Assembly (NCBI RefSeq): GCF_018350175.1
Contig: NC_058368.1
Span: 198,154,001 to 198,218,000, forward strand
Direction: 5' to 3'
Source of the DNA: Felis catus
Taxonomy: Eukaryota
DNA: 64,000 nucleotides
Shown: positions 28,086-41,531 of the stretch, one piece after another
Position numbering within the stretch: the stretch's first letter is position 1
Layout: every line of letters starts with the position of its first letter
The notes under the pieces: model-generated
What the model saw: the letters and a program-made list of their open reading frames with translations, nothing else
What the model was told of the DNA's origin: nothing
Databases searched by the model: none
Made by a program: the position numbers and the translations under genes

Positions 28086-28274
28086 AGAGCACCTGGGTGG
28101 CTCAGTGCGTTGAGCGTTTGACTCTTGATTTTGGCTCGGGTCAGGATCCTAGAGTCACGGGACTGAGCCCTGCATCTGGGCGCTGAGCGTGGAAGCTGCT
28201 TAAGATTCTCTCTCTTTTTCCCTCTGCCCCTCTCTCCCACTCTCTCTCTAAAATAAGAAAAATAAAAAACAAAC
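28086..28274 (+). mobile_element. Older CAN-SINE subfamily
   Basis: gactcttgattttggctc variant. TSD aaagactggtgtttc (28071-28085, 28275-28289). Confidence 0.92.
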
Positions 28275-30711
28275 AAAGACTGGTGTTTCTGAAGTTAGCA
28301 GTGACTTCTCAGAGTCTGCCTCATTTCAACCCCACTGAGGTCACAGCCATTGCCACAAAAAAAATGGCTCAATTGTCTTTAAACTAGACTGAGAGTAGGC
28401 TCTATGGGAGTTCTGAGTGCTCTTGGGTAGGCTCTTTAATATGGCAAATACAAATCCCAGTCTACATCTCAGATTTGCAAGCATGATGACTTTATTTTTT
28501 AATAGTCAAATTTCATGATTCCATATCCTTTTCTGCTGAGGGGCTAAACTCCATCTTGTTCTATGCAATGTTCCTTCTCAACACCCAGAAGGCTGAGAGG
28601 AATAAGATTTCCTGCTCTGGGATACAGGATAATCAGGGGGAAGCGGTCAGAATGGTGACATTGGCGGGTCCTAAAGAAAGGCAGGCCCCATGGAAGCAGT
28701 ATAATCCCTACATGTAGATTTATGGGCTTCAGGAAGACAGGAAGACACCAGGAGAGAAAAATGGCTGTGATGTGTCTTGGCAGCCAAGGCCTTATCCAGC
28801 CTCACAAAGAATATCTACACCAGGTTGGCTGAGAACGTTCAGAGTGGCTTGGGAGAAACAGACAAGTTTCTGACAGAGCCATTCATGTGGCAATGAGGTG
28901 TCTCTATGGAGCCTATATGGACTGATATCCAAAGACCCCAGGGGGTGAGGAGTGTCTCAGGAGCCACCCCCACAAGGGCATTGAGGAGCAGATAACTGCC
29001 AGCCCTCTTCTCTCAGTCATTCCTGATGCCTTGGTGCTATATAAATCTCATGGAACTTCAACAGCTTGGGGGAGCAAGATGCAGGAGTGAAAACTTCAAG
29101 GGACTGAGATACAATTTTGCATCCACAGCAAATTGGGAGGTCAAAACTGAAAGCAAGTTGAGTCTGGGAAAAATATAGAAAATTATCATTCATGCACACC
29201 TGAATCTGTGAAGCTAGACTTGTATACCAGTCCTAGTGAAGTATGGATTCATCAAAAGAACTCAGAAGAATCTCATGGAAAGAAGATCTGGAGGTACACC
29301 TGAGCTTTGCGGGGATGAGAAAACCAGGAGCAGTTGCTGCCTGTGTCTTTGACTGTCCCTTCTAATCAGCTTTTTCTCTGGACCATGGGGCCAATCTCCT
29401 GTCTGTAAAGACGAGACAGAGGCGCACGGCTTTCTCTTCTGACTCATAGTCCCTGTTCCTCCATAACTTCGGTGAACATGGGTCTTTGGTTGGTGCTCAC
29501 TAAGGAGCCATGTCCTTGTGAACCACTGGCCCTGTGGCTGCCACAAAATCATTGCATTCATAGTGCCTCTTGGTTGAAATGTTCTCGTTTGCCAGGGTAA
29601 TGCCCTTTTGATCAGGAACCCACCCGGTTCAATTCTGCAGGGTCAGAAGGTGAGGAGTCAGGTAAATCAGACATGACTGCTCAAAGCAGTCACATCATCC
29701 AAGGTATATAGGTTGGAAAGTTTCAGAGAAGAGGGTCTTGGTCCCAGAGGCTTTGCCCAGTCTCGAACTCCCCCATGTTAAAATTACTGCTGTACATGTC
29801 TTGTACACCTCTTTACCTTGTAACGTTCTTGAAAGTAGAAGCTCTAATTCATCTGTTTGGGCCATGATATCTTTGTGTGCCTTCTGCATCTGGGAGGGTT
29901 CAGCGAGCACCTGCTGAATGAGTGCACATCTCTCTAGTCTTACACCTTCGTATCTCTGCATTCATTTTCTGTTCTCTATACCTTTATTTCTGAGCGAACA
30001 GCATTCTGGTTAAAAACCAAATAGAATAATTCTGGTTGCTGAGGTGTCACAGGTGAGGGCCAGCCAAAATGATTAGACTTGAGTATGACCCTGCTGCATG
30101 TGGATTTCCTGATGAGACACTCTTAGGAAACATCCTGAGAGTCACCATGGTTACAGTTGGGCTTTCCCTAACAACCGAGCATCTTAGTTCCTCATCATTA
30201 TAGAGCTATCTTAACCACTATGGAAATTAGCTAGAGACCACATTCAATCTTTGAAGCATTTAAGTGATAGATTACAACTAATTGAAAGAAGAGGAGTGAG
30301 TGGCACTCTACAGGGAGACAATTCCTAGTCCCTTTTTGACACTTGGAACGATCTTTCTAAATTAAAAGCTTCAAGTTTATTAGTAATCATCCCCTCGGTT
30401 TGAGTCAAGAAATGAAACTATTTCAAGTTTCTCTGTGTGCTAATTAAAAGAGCTCTGTTTCAATGGCAGAGCTGTCCTGATGCCAATGATGATAAAAGAG
30501 AATCATAAAGTTTTGAGCCTAGAGGGAGTTTACAGATCATTTAATCTAATCCTTTCATTTTATAGGGGAGGAAACTGAAGCCGCTATAAGGTATGTGACT
30601 TGTCACACAGGTAGAGCCCAAGCTATAACTCCCAACCACCTGGTCCAGGGTTCTTCATCCTCAAGAAGATCAGAACTACTATGGGCAGTGGGGTGAAGCC
30701 AGAAATTACTA

Positions 30712-31190
30712 TCATGGGGTGATTTGTAATTTATAATAAGAAATATATATTTTGTCTTAATTTTTTGTTTGTCTTAAAACCCTTGGAAGTTCCTGGGTGA
30801 TGAGAAGGATAAAAAGTGTCTCTTTTGTTATGTTACTGAAGCTTTTTGGAAAGCCCCAGGTAACCTTAAAGATGGAGGCTCCTTGCCCAGGGAACCAATC
30901 CTGCGATTAGAAGGTAGGGACTTTCAGTCCCATTCCCAGACCCCCAAGGAGGGGAGAGGGGCTAGAGATTGAGCTCAATAACTAATGGCCAATGATTTAA
31001 TCAGTCGTGCTTATGTAATGATGCCTCCATGGAAACCCAAAAGGAAGGGGTTTGGAGAGTTTCCAGGTTGGTGAACTGGAATGTTTCCATGTGCCACTGG
31101 GCCAGGCCCCAAACTGCATGAGAACAGAAGTTCCTTTGTTTTTGACCTTGCCCTATATATCTCTTCACCTGGCTGTTGGTTCCGATAACA
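30712..31190 (+). mobile_element. MER21-like LTR
   Basis: gaaccaatcctgcgattagaaggtagggactttcagtccc...aatggccaatgatttaatcagtcgtgcttatgtaatg...ctcttcacctggctgtt. Confidence 0.7.
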
Positions 31191-31229
31191 AGTTTCAAGT
31201 TCAAGTTGACTCCTACAAGTTGATTCTTT

Positions 31230-31520
31230 CAAGTTTTTTCTGCGTAGCTGGGGTGCAGGGGCCCAAGAGCAGCTGGCTCTAGGGGTCCCAAACAGACGGG
31301 GTTCAACCACTCACCACTGATAAAATCCGAAGGCAGAGAGGCCAGCAGTGGTGAAACAAGAAAGGAATTTATTTCCGTCAGGCTAACACTGGGAAGGAGG
31401 ACTAGAGACCCAAAGACTATCTCCAAAGTGCTGAAAAAACTTCCAGGTTTATGGAAGGAAAATGTGGGACAAAGGTCAGTGGGTCCGTGCAGGTGGGCTG
31501 TATGTCTCTCAGGGATGCTC
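31230..31520 (-). mobile_element. ERV1-type LTR 3' portion (MER34/39-like)
   Basis: Minus strand reads ...ggagatagtctttgggtctctagtcc...gaaataaattcctttcttgtttcacca...gtggttgaacccc, an R/U5-like region with AATAAA. Confidence 0.5.
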
Positions 31521-32879
31521 AGAAACTGGCTAGAGGAATCCATGGGCCTGCCTGAGCTCCCTGGTAAAATGAGAGTGCCCAGTGATTTCTTACCATGGAC
31601 CAGGCACCGTGCTCAACAAGAAATCCTCATGAGCTAGCTAAACCACACAACCCACGATAGGATCAGCATTTTCTTCATTTTACAGACCAGGGGACCCAAG
31701 CTAAGACAAATGAAAGATTTGCCCAAGGTCACATACCAAAGTCACTAACTAGTACCCAAGCTGGCATTTGCTCTCAGATCTCTTAAGGTACCCTACCTGT
31801 GTTCTTAACCAGAGGTGATATTTGAGTAGAGCCTTTTGGGGCACACCGATTAATAGTCTGGGGCCTCTCGGGGGAATCTTGTTCTGCACTGCCCATGTGT
31901 TAAACTTATGTGAGTACCTGAGGCTGTCAGGAGAAATTCTGCATGTCCATATCAGCCTGAGCTGAACCGGCCCTTCAGCCCTGGGCTGATTTATATGGGA
32001 AGCTGCCCCTCCAACTTGGGTAGAACGGATCCTGCCAGGGGTGGGGGCCAGGGAGAGGCAGGAAGTAGAGAGCAGTTCCCTTAGAGAAGTAGGGTGAGGC
32101 TGCCAGGAGAATGGAGGGCTGCTGAGCAGGAGAAACATGTCTGTTCAAGAGCAAAACAAATTACAGATTGTCTGCTGACGAAAAGGTCAAAATTGGATTC
32201 CACGCTGTAAAAAGGAAAAAAAAAAAAAAAAACGCTTCATTACAGAACTAAAAAAGGAAAGGAAGGGGATATGAAGTCATCCTTAATTTGATTAGGAACA
32301 AAATATCACCAGCGTCGATGGCCTCTGTGGCACATTCGTTAGCATTTTGTCAGACTTCTTAGTTGCAGAGAACACAGCCAGGGAAGCGCAGCACCCAGAG
32401 AGGTTGATCTAGAAGGCCCCTGGTTTTATTGGTCAAGCCCTGTTCTTGGCAGATTCTGCTCACATCCGTTTTACCAGAAACCTCACACCTGGGCGGAGGC
32501 TTTTCCTCTCTATGAGCATGTGCCCCAAATCAGAAGGGGAGAGTTTCTGCCCAGGACTCTTGGGCCTTGATTAATCCCTCTGATAGTGGCTCCAAAAATT
32601 TCAATGAAATTACTTGACGGGCCGTCCTTTAACATTCATACAAATGAGGCTCACATTTGATAAGCAATGATTATGTCCTCTTATCGCCTCCCACTCTCAG
32701 TCGTTCGGCCCACACGTTTGCTTGAGCCAGCGCAGCAGGTATACATTGAAGACACAGCAGTAAGCGGAACGCGCCCCTTGGCCTTCTGGAACTCAGGCGG
32801 GTCAGGGGAACCGTCTGCCTCACGGCTGGTGTGACAGTCCCACCTCCTTAACTACCAATTCCCCTAGCCTCCCTTTGTC

Positions 32880-33790
32880 ACCACCTCCTGCTAGCACATT
32901 TCACCCCGCCGTAGAGGTCGCCCGGCTGGGGGGTGGGGGTGGGGGGAGCACGCGCCCTCTGCCCGCGACGACTGCACGGGCGCAGGGCCCCCGCACCAGC
33001 CCCGTTCGGTTTCGCCAGCGGCCTGGGAGAAGGTCGGGCCGGGCCTGTCGCTGATGGGGCGCAACAGCTGCAGGTCGCAAATGGCGCTCCCGCCCCGGCC
33101 CAGCCCCCGCCCTGGCTGGGGGCGGCGCCCCCCGGCCGGGCTGCGGGCCCCGGCCGCGGGCGGAGAGGGGGCGGCGCAGGTAGCTGGGCGGCCGCCCCGG
33201 AGTAAGCGCGGGCGCGGGGCCGCCGCGGCGGGATGGGGCGGCTCGGGGCCCGCCGCCTCTTCCTGCTCGCCGCCTGCCTGGGGCTCTGCGGGGCGCGCGG
33301 GGCGCTCGGAGGTACGCGCCTAACTCCCCCTCCCGGTTCCTTCCCCGGCCGGTCGCGCCGAGCCCGTGAGCGGAGGGTGGGCGAGCAGAGGCCAGGGCGC
33401 GCGGGGGACTCTCCCCGGACTCCGGGGGCCCCGGAAACCCCGCGACGACCCTGACTCTGCCTCTCGGGTTGGGCTTTCCCGAGCCGGGCGGCGGGGAGGA
33501 GACGGCTCGGCCCTGCGCGGTGGTGGCCGCGCGGCCGCGCGAAACTTCCAGCTCCCGCCCCGCGCGGCCCGGCCCCGCTGGTTCCGGGGAGCCCCGGGGT
33601 GGGGGCTGTTCCCGAGGTCCGCGCGGCCCTCGCCGCCGCTGGGGGGTTTCAGAGTTGGACTCCTGGTGGCACTCGGACGAGCGGGACGAACGAATCCTGT
33701 CGTCCTCCCTTGCGGCTCTGCGCCTTCCCCAGGCCGGGTGAGGGGTCCTGGGCTGCACAGGACCGGCCCGAGTTTGGGGCCTTAAACTCG
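32880..33790 (+). promoter_or_regulatory. CpG island / probable promoter spanning exon 1
   Basis: Abrupt switch to very high GC with abundant intact CpG. Contains GC-box-like motifs (ccgccc/gggcgg) and a G-run cluster at ~32928-32946, and surrounds the signal-peptide ATG. Confidence 0.88.
33233..33311 (+). CDS. CSPG4B: CSPG4-family gene (probable CSPG4B), coding exon 1: signal peptide
   Basis: ATG in strong Kozak context (gggATGg) inside the CpG island. Encodes MGRLGARRLFLLAACLGLCGARGALG, a basic-hydrophobic-small-residue signal peptide. Donor G|gtacgc follows at 33312 (phase 1). The leftover G joins exon 2 CA to give GCA (Ala), reading ...ALG-ASFYGE in frame. Confidence 0.85.
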
Positions 33791-34830
33791 TGAAATTCTT
33801 TGGTCGCTGGCCTGGCCTGTTGTTCTGTAAGTCCCTCCACCAGTCCGCCTACATTTTCTGTACCTCATTCACTGGAAATGCTTTGCACTTCCATTGCGCT
33901 TTCCAGAAGTCAAGGATTACTAATAAAAGCATGATTATTTAGACTTTTTACATAACCGAGCCCTGCACTTGGGCCTTCCCGCCCACCATGGCTCCCTGAA
34001 ATTTAATTTAGTTCAATGAAAGACTTCCTTTGTGACTTTTTAAAGATAACACATTCTAAATCTACGGCCTTGGGCCTCTTTGTAGGATTCGGATTAAATT
34101 CTGAACGCTTATTTACTGCACGTTAGGCATAGAATAGGCAAACAGTGCCATTGCCGCCTACACCGCCTGGTGATTTCACTGGGCGCTTCAGAGTAATGTT
34201 GCAGCCGTAATGGCATCTGGAGTATGGACACTTCACTCTCCTCTTACCCTTGTTGCTCTGTTCCAAGCTCCTCCTCTCCACCCTCCTCCCTCCTTCCTGA
34301 ATCCTGCCAGGACTGAAGGGTGGATTGGCCTGGGCTTGGAGGTCTAGGGCTGCGTAACTGAGGCTTTGATGTGGCTTTGAGAGGGAGGGTTCCAGTTGTA
34401 CAACGGGGAGATCTGGGAGGGCAGTGCATGGTTCTGATTGGGTGGTGATCAGGGATAAGCCAGTAATCCAGTGGCTGGGGTAGGGGGATGGTAAATCCAA
34501 GCTTTGGAGTCAGATGGGCTTCAACTTGGGTGCTATCATATGTTCCCAGAATGTCTTTGCGAAAGTGACTTTCCTTTCTCTAGGTCTTAATTTTGCATCT
34601 GTAGAATTGAGATAATCGCTTCTTCAGGGAGGCTTGAAGAAAATACTCTATACGACTTATTCACAGCCGAAGAACTACTCAGTAATTCTCATTTCCCTCA
34701 TTTTCTATGGATTAGCATCTTTCTTTGTCATCCATGCAATTGATTTGGGAATGAGGCTAAGAACCTATGGATTAGATACCTATTTAGGGGTACGGAATGT
34801 GGATAGGGAATGTTTCTTGAAGAATTCCAT

Positions 34831-35021
34831 GGGGTGCCTGGGTAGCTCAGTCCATTGAGTATCTGACTCTTGATTTGGCTCAGGTCATGGTCTCACTGTT
34901 CTGTTCCTGGGATCAAGCCCCGCTTGGGGTGTGGTGCTGACAGCACAGGAGCCTGCTTGGGATGCTCTCCCTCTCTCTGCCACTCTCCCACTCATGCACT
35001 CTTTCTCTCAAAATAAATAAA
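34831..35021 (+). mobile_element. CAN-SINE whose tail is split by an L1
   Basis: Head ggggtgcctgggtagctcag. The 5' TSD agaattccat (34821-34830) reappears only at 40607-40616, after a residual A-rich tail. Confidence 0.85.
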
Positions 35022-35544
35022 TTCTACGTTTATTATTATTTCTTTTTAATTTAAATCCAAGTTAGTTAATATACAGTGTACTAATGATTTCATGAGTAAA
35101 ATTTAGTGATTCCTCACTTACATATAACCCCCAGTGCTCATCCCAACAAGTGTCCTCCTTAATTCCCCTTCCCCATTTAGCCTTTCCCCCCACCCAACAT
35201 CCCACCATCAACCCTCAGTTTGTTTTCTGTATTTAAGAGTCTCTTATGGTTTGTCTCCCTCCCTGTTTTAATATTATTTTTGCTTCCCTTCCTTTATGTT
35301 CATCCGTTTGTATCTTAAATTACACATGTGAGTGAAATCATATGGTGTTTGTCTTTCTCTGTGTGACTTATTTTGCTTAGCATAATACACTTTAGTTCCA
35401 TCCACGTTGGTGCAAATGGCGAAATTTCATTCTTTTTGATCGCTGAGTAATATTCCATTATATATATATAGACATATATGTAGACATATATATAGAGACA
35501 TATATAGAGAGTAATATTCCATTATATATATATAGACATATATG

Positions 35545-35585
<41 letters not shown>

Positions 35586-35703
35586 GTCTATATATATGTC
35601 TACATATATGTCTATATATATATAATGGAATATTACTCTATACTCTCTCTATATATATAGTATATATATATATATATATACTATATATATATAGACATAT
35701 ATG

Positions 35704-35761
<58 letters not shown>

Positions 35762-36073
35762 CCACATCTTCTTTATCCATTTGTCAGTTGGTGAACATTT
35801 GGGCTCATTCCATACTTTGGCTATTGTCACTAGCACTGCTATAAACATTGGGGTGCATGTGTTGCTTCGAATCAGCACTCCTGTATCCTTTGGATATATA
35901 CCTAGTAGTGCAAATGCTGGCTTGGAGGGTAGTTCCATTTTTAAGTTTTTGAGGAACCTCCATCTGTTCTCCAAAGTGGCTGCACCACTTTGCATTCCCA
36001 CCAGCAATGCAAAAGAGATCCCCTTTCTCCGCATCCTCACCAACATCTGTTGTTGCCTGAGTTGTTAATTTTA

Positions 36074-36211
<138 letters not shown>

Positions 36212-37029
36212 TCATGTCTTTTGCCCATTTGTTCTCTGGATTCTTTGTTTTTTGGGTGTTGAGTTTGATAAGCTCTTTATAGGGATACTAACCCTTTCTC
36301 TGATATGTCATTTGCAAACATCTTCTCCCATTCCATCAGTTGCATTTTAGTTTTCTGATTGTTTCCTTCCCCACGCAGAAGCTTTTTGTCTTGATGAGGT
36401 TCCAATAGCTCACTTTTGTTTTTGCTCCCCTTGCCCCAGAGACCTGTCGAGTAAGAAGTTGCTGTGGCCGAGGTCAAAGAGGTTGTTGCCTGTTTTCTCC
36501 TCTAGGATTTTGATGGCTCCCTGTCTTACATTTAGGTCTATCATCCATTTTGAGTTTATTTTTGTGTGTGGTGGGAGAAAGTGGCCCAGGTTCGTTCTGT
36601 GTGCCACTGTCCAGTTTTCCAACACCATTTGCTGAAGAGACTATTTTTCATTGGCTATTCCTTCCTGCTTTGTCAAAGATTAGTTGACCATATGTTTGTG
36701 GGTCCATTTTTGGGTTCTCTATTCTGTTCCATTGATCTATGTGTCTATTTTTGTGCCAGTACCATACTGTCTTGATGATTAAAGCTTTGTCACACAGCTT
36801 GAAGTCCAGAATTATGATGTCTCCAGCTTTGCTTTTCATTTTCAGGATTGCTTTGGCTATTCAGGGTCTTTTCTGGTTCCATACAAATTTAGGATTGTTT
36901 GTTCAAGCTCTGTGAAGAATGCTGGTGTTATTTTGATAGTGATTGCATTGAATATGTAGATTGCTTTGGGTAGTATCGACACTTTAACAATATTTGTTCT
37001 TCCAGTCTATGAGCATGAAATGTTTTTCC

Positions 37030-37071
<42 letters not shown>

Positions 37072-38670
37072 TTCTTCAATTTCTTTCATAAACTTTCTAT
37101 AGTTTTCAGTGTATAGATTTTTCACCTCTTTAGTTAGGTTTATTCCTAGGTATTTTATGGGTTTTGGTGCAGTTGTAAATGGGATCAATTCCTTGATTTC
37201 TCTTTCTGATGCTTCATTATTGGTGTTTGGAGATACAACTGATTTTTGTACATTGATTTTATATTCTGTGACTTTGCTGAATTCATGTATCAGTTCTAGC
37301 ATTTTTTTTTGGTGTAATCCTTTGGGTTTCCACATAGAGTATCATGTCATCTGCATCTGCGAAGAGTGGAAGTTTGGCTTCCTCCTTGCTAATTTGGATG
37401 CATTTTATTTCTTTGTGTTGTCTAATTGCTGAGGCTAGGATTTGCAACACTATGTTGAATAACAGTGGTGAGAGTGGACATCCCTGTCATGTTCTTGAAC
37501 TTAGGGGAAAGCTCTCAGTTCTTTCCCATTAAGGATAATATAAGTGGGGGGTCTTTTCTATATGGCCTTTGTGACTTTGAAGTATGATCCTTCTATCCCT
37601 ACTTTCTTGGGGGTTTTTATCAAGAAAGGGTGCTGTATTTTGTCAAATGTTGTTTTTTTTTTCTCCATCTATTGAGGGGATCATGTGGTTCTTATCCTTT
37701 CTTTTATTATTGTGATGTACCACATTGATTTGTGGATATTGAACCAGCCCTGAATCCCAGTAATAAATCCCACTTGACCGTGGTGAATAATTCTTATAAT
37801 TATCTTTGGATTCGGTTGGCTAGTATCTTGTTGAGATGCTTGTTTGCATCCATGTTTCTCAGGGAAATTGGTCTGGAGTTCTGCTTTTTCGTGGGGTCTT
37901 TGTCTGGTTTTGGAATCAAGGTAATGCTGGCCTCATAAATGATTTTGGGAGTTTTCCTTACATTTCTATTTTTGGAAACAGTTCCAAAAGGATAGGTGTT
38001 AACTCTTCCTTAAATGTGTGGTAGAATTCCCCTGGAAAGCCATCCGGCCCTGGACTCCTGTTTGTTGGGAGATTTTCGATTACTGATTCAATTTCTTTAC
38101 TGGTTATGGGTCTGTTCAAATTTTCTATTTCTTCCTGTTTCACTTAAGGTAGTTTATATGTTTCTAGGAATCTGTCCATTTCTTCCAGGTTGCCCAATTT
38201 GTTGGCATATAATTGCTCCTGATATTCTCTTAATATTGTTTGCATTTCAGCAGTATTGGTTGTGATCTCTCCTCTTTCATTCATGATTTTATTTATTTGG
38301 GTCCTTCCTTTTTTCTTTTTGATCAATCTGGCTAGAGGTTTATCAATTTTGTTAATTCTTTCGAAGAACCAGCTCCTGGTTTCATTGATGTGTTCTACTG
38401 TTTTTGTGATTTTGATATCATTGATTTCTGCTCTAATCTTTATTATTCCCCTTTTGCTGATGGTTTTGGGCTTTATTTGCTGTTCTTTTTCCAGCTCTTT
38501 TATGTGTAAAGTTAGATTGTCTATTTGAGACCTTTCTTCCTTCTTTAGGAAGGTCTGGATTGCTATATATTTCCCTGTTATGAGCACCTTTGCTGTATCC
38601 CAGAGATTTGGGGCTGTCATGTTTTTATTTTCATTGGCTTCCATGTACTTTTTAAATTTCTCTCTCTCCT

Positions 38671-38893
38671 GGGGCGCCTGGGTGGCGCAGTCGGTTAAGT
38701 GTCTGACTTCAGCCAGGTCACGATCTCGCGGTCCGTGAGTTCGAGCCCCGCGTCAGGCTCTGGGCTGATGGCTCGGAGCCTGGAGCCTGTTTCAGATTCT
38801 GTGTCTCCCTCTCTCTCTGCCCCTACCCTGTTCATGCTTTGTCTCTCTCTCTGTCCCAAAAATAAATAAAAACATTGAAAAAAAAGAAAAAAA
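38671..38893 (+). mobile_element. Young CAN-SINE inserted in L1 ORF2
   Basis: Nearly identical to the copies at 21011 and 46859. Separates ORF2 fragments ...NILLKNE and MEANENKN... Confidence 0.95.
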
Positions 38894-39555
38894 TTTTTTT
38901 TAATTTCTCTTTAATTTCTTGGTTAACTCATTCATTCTTTAGTAGGATGTTCTTTAATCTCCAAGTATTCATGGTCTTTCCATGGTTTTTCTTGTGGTTG
39001 ATTTCTAGTTTCATAGCGTTGTAGTCTGAAAATTCGCAAGGTATGATCTCCAACTTTTTGTGCTTGTTGAGGGCTGATTTGTGACCCAGTATGTGGTCAC
39101 TTCTGGAGAATGTCCCATATGCACTTGAGAAGAATGTATATTCTGCTGCTTTAGGATGAAGTGTTCTGAATACATCTGTTAAGTCTCTGTGGTCCAAGGT
39201 GTCATTTGAAGCCATTGTTTCCTGGTTGATTTTCTGCTCAGATGATCTGTCCGTTGCTGTAAGTGGGGTGTTGAAGTCCCCTGCTATTATGGTATTATCA
39301 TGAATGAATTTCATTGTTTCTGATTAATTGATTTATGTATTTGGGTTCCTCCACATTGGGGGCATAAATATTTATAATTTTTAGTTCTTTTTGGAGCATA
39401 GACCCTTTAATTACGATATAATGCCCTTCATCTCTTGTTACAGTCTTCATTTTAAAATCTAGTTTGTCTGATATAAGTATGTCCACCTGCCAAGTGGCAC
39501 CTCCCTCCAGAATTTTATCTCAGATGGGGCTGTGTTTCAAAAACCCCACACTTCA

Positions 39556-39778
39556 GGGGCACCTGGGTGGCTCAGTCAGTTAAGCATCTGAAGTTGGCTC
39601 AGGTCGTGATCTCACAGTTCATGAGTTCAAGCCCCACATTGGGCTCTGTGCTGACAGCTCGAAGCCTGGAGCCTGCTTCAGATTCTGTGTCTCCTTCTTT
39701 CTCTGCCCCTCCCCTGCTTGTGCTCTCTCTCACTCTCTCAAAACTAAACATTAAAGAAAAAAAGTTTTAAAAAGAAAA
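39556..39778 (+). mobile_element. CAN-SINE inserted in L1 5'UTR
   Basis: TSD aaaaaccc(c)acacttca on both sides. Confidence 0.93.
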
Positions 39779-40624
39779 AAAAACCCACACTTCAGAGACC
39801 CCCCACTGTTTGGACCCTGGCTAACTCTCTGGAGAAGGTCTCACTGAGCAATGGCTGGGTGCCGGCTTGCCCCAGAAAATGTCCGTGCAATTGTGAAGTG
39901 GCAGAGATTCAGAGATTATGGCAAATCACAACACACAGCCATTGCCAGGTTTCACCGCACTCTGTCATCTTTGTCCCAATACCAGCAAACGTGGCTGCTC
40001 TCTGGGGTCCGCTCAGATCTCTGCCCGTGTGGAGGCCGTATAGCCTCTACCAAATGCACTCCAGTCGGGGGAACCACTTCTCCCCGGGTGGCACACGGGC
40101 CCCTCAGACCCCGCTGCGTGCACTGAGCTTCAGAACTTCAGACTCTGCACTCCACTGTTTATAGAATCCTGGCGGTATTGAAACCCTCTCCTTTCTTCCC
40201 GTCAGTGGATTGGGAGAACAGATTTCTTGTTCAGCCCCCTGTGAGTGTTTTCACTCTTTCTCTTTCTCTCCAGCTACTTTCTAAAGAGTGCTTCTCTTGC
40301 ACAATCCTGATGCACCGCACTCTCCTTCCTTTCTCTTTGTCTCTGTCCCCTCTCTGCAAAAGCAGCTGCTTACCATCCATGGCTTTTCTCTCCCCTGCTC
40401 CTGTTCACCTCTCCACACCGCGTACTTATAGAGTTCTGTGGCTCAAGTTATGCAAATTGTTGTGTTAATCCTCAGATCAATTTCCTAGGTGTTCAAAAAT
40501 GGTTTGGTGCTGATCTAGCTGCATTTCAGGGACGTGACAAGCTCAGGGTCTCCATGCCGCTCTGCATCTTAACTCCTCCTCCTCGTAAATACACTTTTAA
40601 AAAAAGAGAATTCCATAGCGTAGA

Positions 40625-41083
40625 CAGTAGCTCCCCCTTATCCGTGGGAGACACATTCTAAGACCCTCAGTGAATGCCTGAAATCACAGATAGTACCAAA
40701 CCCTATATGTACTATGTCTTTTCCTATAATACATACCTATGGTAAAGTCTAATTTATAAATTAGGCATAGTAGGAGATCACCAAAAACAAGAAAATAGAA
40801 CAGTTGTGAAAATATACCATATTAAACATTGTATGAATGTGATCTCACTCTCTTAAGATATCTTACTGTACTGCTCTCACCCTTCTTGTGACGCTGTGAT
40901 ATAATGAAATGCCTATGTGAGGAGATGAAGCCGGGTGAATGATGTCAGCCTTGTGACATAGCTTTAGGCTTCTATTGCTCTTCCAAGGATATGTCAGAAG
41001 GAGGATCGTCAGCTTCTGGACCATGGTTGACCACGGATAACTGAAATCGTAGATTGGCGGGGGGGGGGGAGGGGGGACAACTG
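40625..41083. mobile_element. MER44/Tigger-type Tc1-mariner DNA transposon
   Basis: Terminal inverted repeats cagtagctccccct ... ggggggacaactg, followed by TA. Internal aaagtctaatttataaattaggca. Confidence 0.8.
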
Positions 41084-41531
41084 TACTGTCAGCATATATA
41101 CCGTTCTTCATCCATAGCTCTGATTGCAAGACAAATATTGGAGACTGGGGTCTCATCCAAAGCTACTTTGGGGCACTTGGAAGAATATTTTTTGAGTAGC
41201 TAGATATGTGATCTGATCTCAGGTTTCTTCCTTACCTCCTTGGATAAATCAGGCTGTTGCTTTGAAGACTCTCCCTGTCAAAGGCTTAGGTGAACTTTTC
41301 TCAGTCCCTGGGGAACACTGGGATATGTCCTCAGCTTGGAGAGTGTCCCCACCGCAGGGAGCCACTTTGTCTGATAAACATACTGTCGTGGTAAGGATAT
41401 CCTTTAGCATATAGGGTATCTCTATTTGCAAATCAAATATCAGTCCTACTGTCACCACCTACTTTCTCAAGGTACAATATACACTTAACACTAGACCCAA
41501 GTAGGAAATAGTTCAATAATTTCTCATTTTT

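Noticed and set aside
1..32800. Protein-coding genes in the upstream half (for example ORFs 2823-3341, 8786-9334, 17989-18510)
   Set aside because: No recognisable domains or consistent exon chain, and many overlap repeats. A lncRNA cannot be excluded from sequence alone.
32901..33840. Overlapping ORFs up to 285 aa on both strands of the CpG island
   Set aside because: Arg/Gly/Pro/Ala-rich products expected where stop codons are rare in very GC-rich DNA. Only the signal-peptide frame has a splice donor compatible with exon 2.
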